Shown here one piece after another: positions 46,613-50,000 of a stretch of DNA of 50,000 nt. Below the pieces are notes generated by a model that saw only the letters and a list, made by a program, of their open reading frames with translations, was not told the origin of the DNA and searched no databases. The first letter of the stretch is position 1. Each line of letters begins with the position of its first letter. A program made the translations under genes and the position numbers. Source of the DNA: Salpingoeca rosetta (taxonomy: Eukaryota > Protista > Choanoflagellata); contig JAWQFM010000019.1 of NCBI GenBank assembly GCA_033442325.1, forward strand, positions 826,230-876,229, read 5' to 3'.

Positions 46613-47401
46613 CAAGGTGCCCTTGATGTAGCGAAGGAGGTGCTTGGCAGCCTTCCAGTGGTCCATGCCGAAGTGCTGCATGCGGCGAGACAGGATGGAG
46701 ACAGCCGCCGAGATGTCTGGACGCGTCATCGTCGCAGCATAGAGGAGGGAGCCAAGCAACTCGCGGAACGGCACGTCCGGCAGTGGCTCCTCCTTGTCGG
46801 CTGGCTTGTCGACGTAGCCCGTGCAGAGCGGCGTGCCGACCGGCTTGCAGTCAGCCATGCCGAAGGTCTCCAGCACGCTGCGCAGGTAGTGCTCCTGGCT
46901 CATGGTGACGGTCCTGGCCTTGCGGTCATGCCGCACCTTGATGCCGAGACATATGTCTGGGCTGCCCAGGTCCTTCATCTTGAAGCGCTTGGAGATGGAG
47001 TTCTTGAACGCGGCCATGTCGCTGTCGCTGTCGTGTGCACGAACACAAACAATCTAAACAATGAGCAGCATGCATACATGCGCGCAGAGCAATGCTAGGC
47101 ATGGCATGAATGCTTGCAGGCAAGCATACACAACAGACAACACTTCACAACACTGCATGGCACGCACACATGGCATCCGTCAAGCATGACGGGCATGCAC
47201 ATACACACATTGCACACATGGCACACAACTCACGTGTGTAGGGGAAGGAGGAGAGGAGAGGCAGTTGGCACACATGCCAGCAGAGAGGAAGGGATGTTTG
47301 CCAACGGAAAAACCACAAAGCAGGTGTTGTTGGCAAACAAGACAAAACCACACGAGAAGGCAAATTAGGAAGGACTCAACAAAACTCACTGACTCTCAAC
47401 A
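46613..47401 (-). mobile_element. Internally deleted Ty1/copia element: partial LTR (47401-47033) fused to the 3' half of RT (47032-~46613)
   Basis: RT motifs FKMKDLG..LGIKV..MSQEHY..PFRELLGSLLYAATMTRPDISAAVSILSR..HWKAAKHLLRYIKGT. The minus-strand LTR starts TGTTGAGA at 47401. Confidence 0.85.
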
Positions 47402-49610
47402 GAGTGTCGCAAGAAGCAGCGCGACAACGGAGCAACAGGCTTCACTGCACAGGCACAGCATCAACATGGTCAAGACGCAGCAACCTTCGTCGCTGCCACA
47501 GCTACTACACCCACGCAGCTGCATGACCCACTCACGTGGCTTGCAGACACGGGTGCTTCACACCACCTCACCTTCGTCAAGGACGCCTTCGTGGAGCTGA
47601 CACCGCACCTGCAACAGCACCATCCACGCCACATCACTGCGTTTGGCGGCACACGTGTGCCCGTGCGCGGTGTTGGCTCTGTGCTGTTGCATGCACGCAC
47701 GACGAGCGGAGCTACGATGCAGATTGTGCTACAGGAGTGCCTCTACGTGCCCGAGGGCCAGGCCAACCTCATCGCCCTCAGTCGTCTGACCAGGGACAGC
47801 AGCGGCAGGCCAACGGGCCACTCGCAGCGTGATGGCGCTGATGGGCACTACGTGCGCTTCAGCCACGGAGCCGAGGTCAAGCTGAAGGAGCGCAACAGCC
47901 TCCGATGCTGGCCCATTGTTGCTGTTGGTCCACCCACAGCACACGGTCTCACCGCCGATGCCTGCAAGCAACCACAGCAACCCGCAGCAGCTCCTGCAGC
48001 CCAGAGCAAAGCACAGACACCATCGATGCATGAGGTGCTTGGCCACCGCAACGACAACGACGTGCAGCAGTACTGCAAGCTGATGGGCATCGACGATCGC
48101 AACGCCATCAGCAGCAAGCAGTGTACAACGTGTGCAGTGACCAAGAGCACTCGTCACAGCGTCAGCAAGCACGCGGAGCGCACACAGGTGCCCGGCGAGC
48201 GCATCCACGCCGACATCGTCGACTGGACCGCGGACTCGCCCACGGGCAAGCGCTACAGCCTCGTCATCGTCGATGAGGGCAGTAAGCTCTTACATGCAGT
48301 CCATCTCAATGCCAAGAAGGACGCAGTTGCCGCGTTCCAGTCTTTCCTGCGCGAGACCAAGCTCCCCATCTCGCCCACAACAACAGCACTCCAGACGGAT
48401 TCCGATGCCATCTTCCTCGGAGCTGACTTCCAGGCCATCGTCAAGAAGCACCTGAAGCAGCACCAGCAGTCCCCGCCGTACACCCAGGCGCAGAACGGCA
48501 TCGTCGAGCGACAGGTGCGCACCCTCTCCGACATGGTGCGAGCCATGATCACGGGTGCAGGCCTTGACGCATCGTACTGGAGCCTCGCCTGCAACCACGC
48601 CCTGCACATCCTCAACAACATGCCTCGCCCTTCCCTCCACGGCAAGACACCGCTGCAGATTGTCACGGGCTCGCTGCCCAAGCACGTGCCGCAGCTGCAC
48701 ATCTTCGGGCAGCCGGCCGTCGTCCACATCAGCACACAGCGCGGACGCCTGCAGCCCAAGGGTCGTCGAGGCATCTACGTCGGCTACAACAGCAGCAGCA
48801 ACAGCCACCTCGTCTACTTCGCAGACACAAACACTGTTGTGTCCTCCATCCACGTCCGCTTCCTTCCCTTCTCCAAGGCCGATGATGTCGTGGATGAGGG
48901 GGAGGAGCAAGTGCAGACATCCACGACATCGTCCATGCTCCAGCTTCCCAGTGCACGTGACAGCAGCAACAGCACCACTGACGGTGAGCCACCAACGGTT
49001 CACATCGACGAGGACCAGGACGAGGATGTCGAGACAGACTTCCTGCTCACGGACTTTGACGCCGACAGCAGCAGCGACACCAACGACGCCAACTACGACC
49101 CCGACACAACAGATGCAAGCGACACCGAGGCAGGCGCGTTCACAGCAAGCAGCAGCGACGACACCAGCCTCACGGAGCCTGCAAGCATCAAGCAGGCACT
49201 CAAGAGCCAGCAACGCAAGCAGTGGACTCAGGCATGCTTGGAGGAGATCGGGGCCATGGAGCGCAACGGCGTCATCAAGCTCATCCCACGCAGCGCCGTG
49301 CCACGGCAGCACACGCCTCTCAAGTCGCGCTTCGTCTTCAAGGTGAAGCGTGATGCGGAAGGCACGCCGACGCGCTTCAAGGCACGCTGGGTCGCCAAGG
49401 GCTTCAGCCAGCGACCGGGCATCGACTTCGACCAGACCTACGCCCCAACCCCAGCAGCCAAGACCATCCTCACTGTGCTCGCCGTCTCCCTGCAACGACA
49501 GCACCAGCTGCACCAGCTCGACTTCAAGTCGGCTTACCTGCAGGCTGATCTCAAGGAGGAGTTGTACATGGAGCTGCCGCCGCACTTCACCGACATCGGC
49601 GACGGCGCTC
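47402..49610 (+). mobile_element. Ty1/copia internal fragment: end of gag zinc knuckle, protease, integrase and 5' RT; frame open, cut at both ends by LTRs
   Basis: ECRKKQRD; WLADTGASHH (aspartic protease); HEVLGH..CTTC (HHCC); IHAD / LQTD / QNGIVER (DDE); PKGRRGIYVGY; RFVFKVK..RFKARWVAKGFSQRPGIDFDQTYAP..QLDFKSAYLQADL. The order PR-IN-RT is that of copia. Confidence 0.95.
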
Positions 49611-50000
49611 TGTTGAGACACGACAGGTGGTGTGTGTGTTTACTGTAGGCAAACGCAACAAACAAGAACACAAGAAGAATGAACAAGCACAACAAGCTGC
49701 TGCCAAATCAACTCGGGCAGCACGCTCAAACAAACACTAGACAAGTGCACACACAGTCAATGACGCTGTCAAGGCGACATGGGCAGAGTGTGCACGAACA
49801 CAAACAATCTAAACAATGAGCAGCATGCATACATGCGCGCAGAGCAATGCTAGGCATGGCATGAATGCTTGCAGGCAAGCATGCACAACAGACAACACTT
49901 CACAACACTACATGGCACGCAGGCATAGCATTTGCCAAGCATGACGGGCATGCACACACACACACACACACATGGCACACAACTCACGTGTGCAGGGGAA
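49611..50000 (-). mobile_element. LTR of another copia copy (same LTR family as 47033-47401), running off the window; composite LTR length ~546 bp
   Basis: Plus strand begins TGTTGAGA at 49611, the inverted match of TCTCAACA at 47394-47401. 49788-50000 is a close but imperfect direct repeat of 47033-47246. Orientation is inferred. Confidence 0.85.

Noticed and set aside
47033-50000. Intact LTR-gag-pol-LTR retrotransposon, or a copia 'exon' flanked by AG and GT
   Set aside because: Gag start, the YVDD region, RNase H, PBS and PPT are absent between the repeats. The apparent splice sites coincide with, or lie just inside, the TGTTG/CAACA LTR termini.

Overview
Eukaryotic, GC-rich, intron-rich DNA in which most introns carry (GT)n/(CA)n/(CAA)n microsatellites. 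The style and gene content suggest a unicellular holozoan, most likely a choanoflagellate such as Salpingoeca rosetta (inference, not verified). Most ORFs in the supplied track are repeat-derived or antisense artefacts. Manual splicing gives nine protein-coding genes in strictly alternating orientation: ERK-type MAPK 3' end (+); a ~1749-aa multi-enzyme RNA end-repair protein (-); TBC1D1/TBC1D4-like RabGAP (+); RNA polymerase II RPB1 (-); CWC21/SRRM2-like splicing factor (+); VPS11 (-); PP2A B'' subunit (+); a truncated VPS24/CHMP3 (-); and VPS33 (+). A nested cluster of copia LTR retrotransposons fills the last ~3.4 kb. The standout is the 11-exon gene at 1576-9066, which joins MJ1316, an AKAP7-like 2H phosphoesterase, a P-loop polynucleotide kinase, a second 2H phosphoesterase, a HAD phosphatase, a pol-beta/poly(A)-polymerase-like nucleotidyltransferase and R3H in one frame, with no recognisable ligase. 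All domain and orthology calls come from motif recognition by eye, not database searches.
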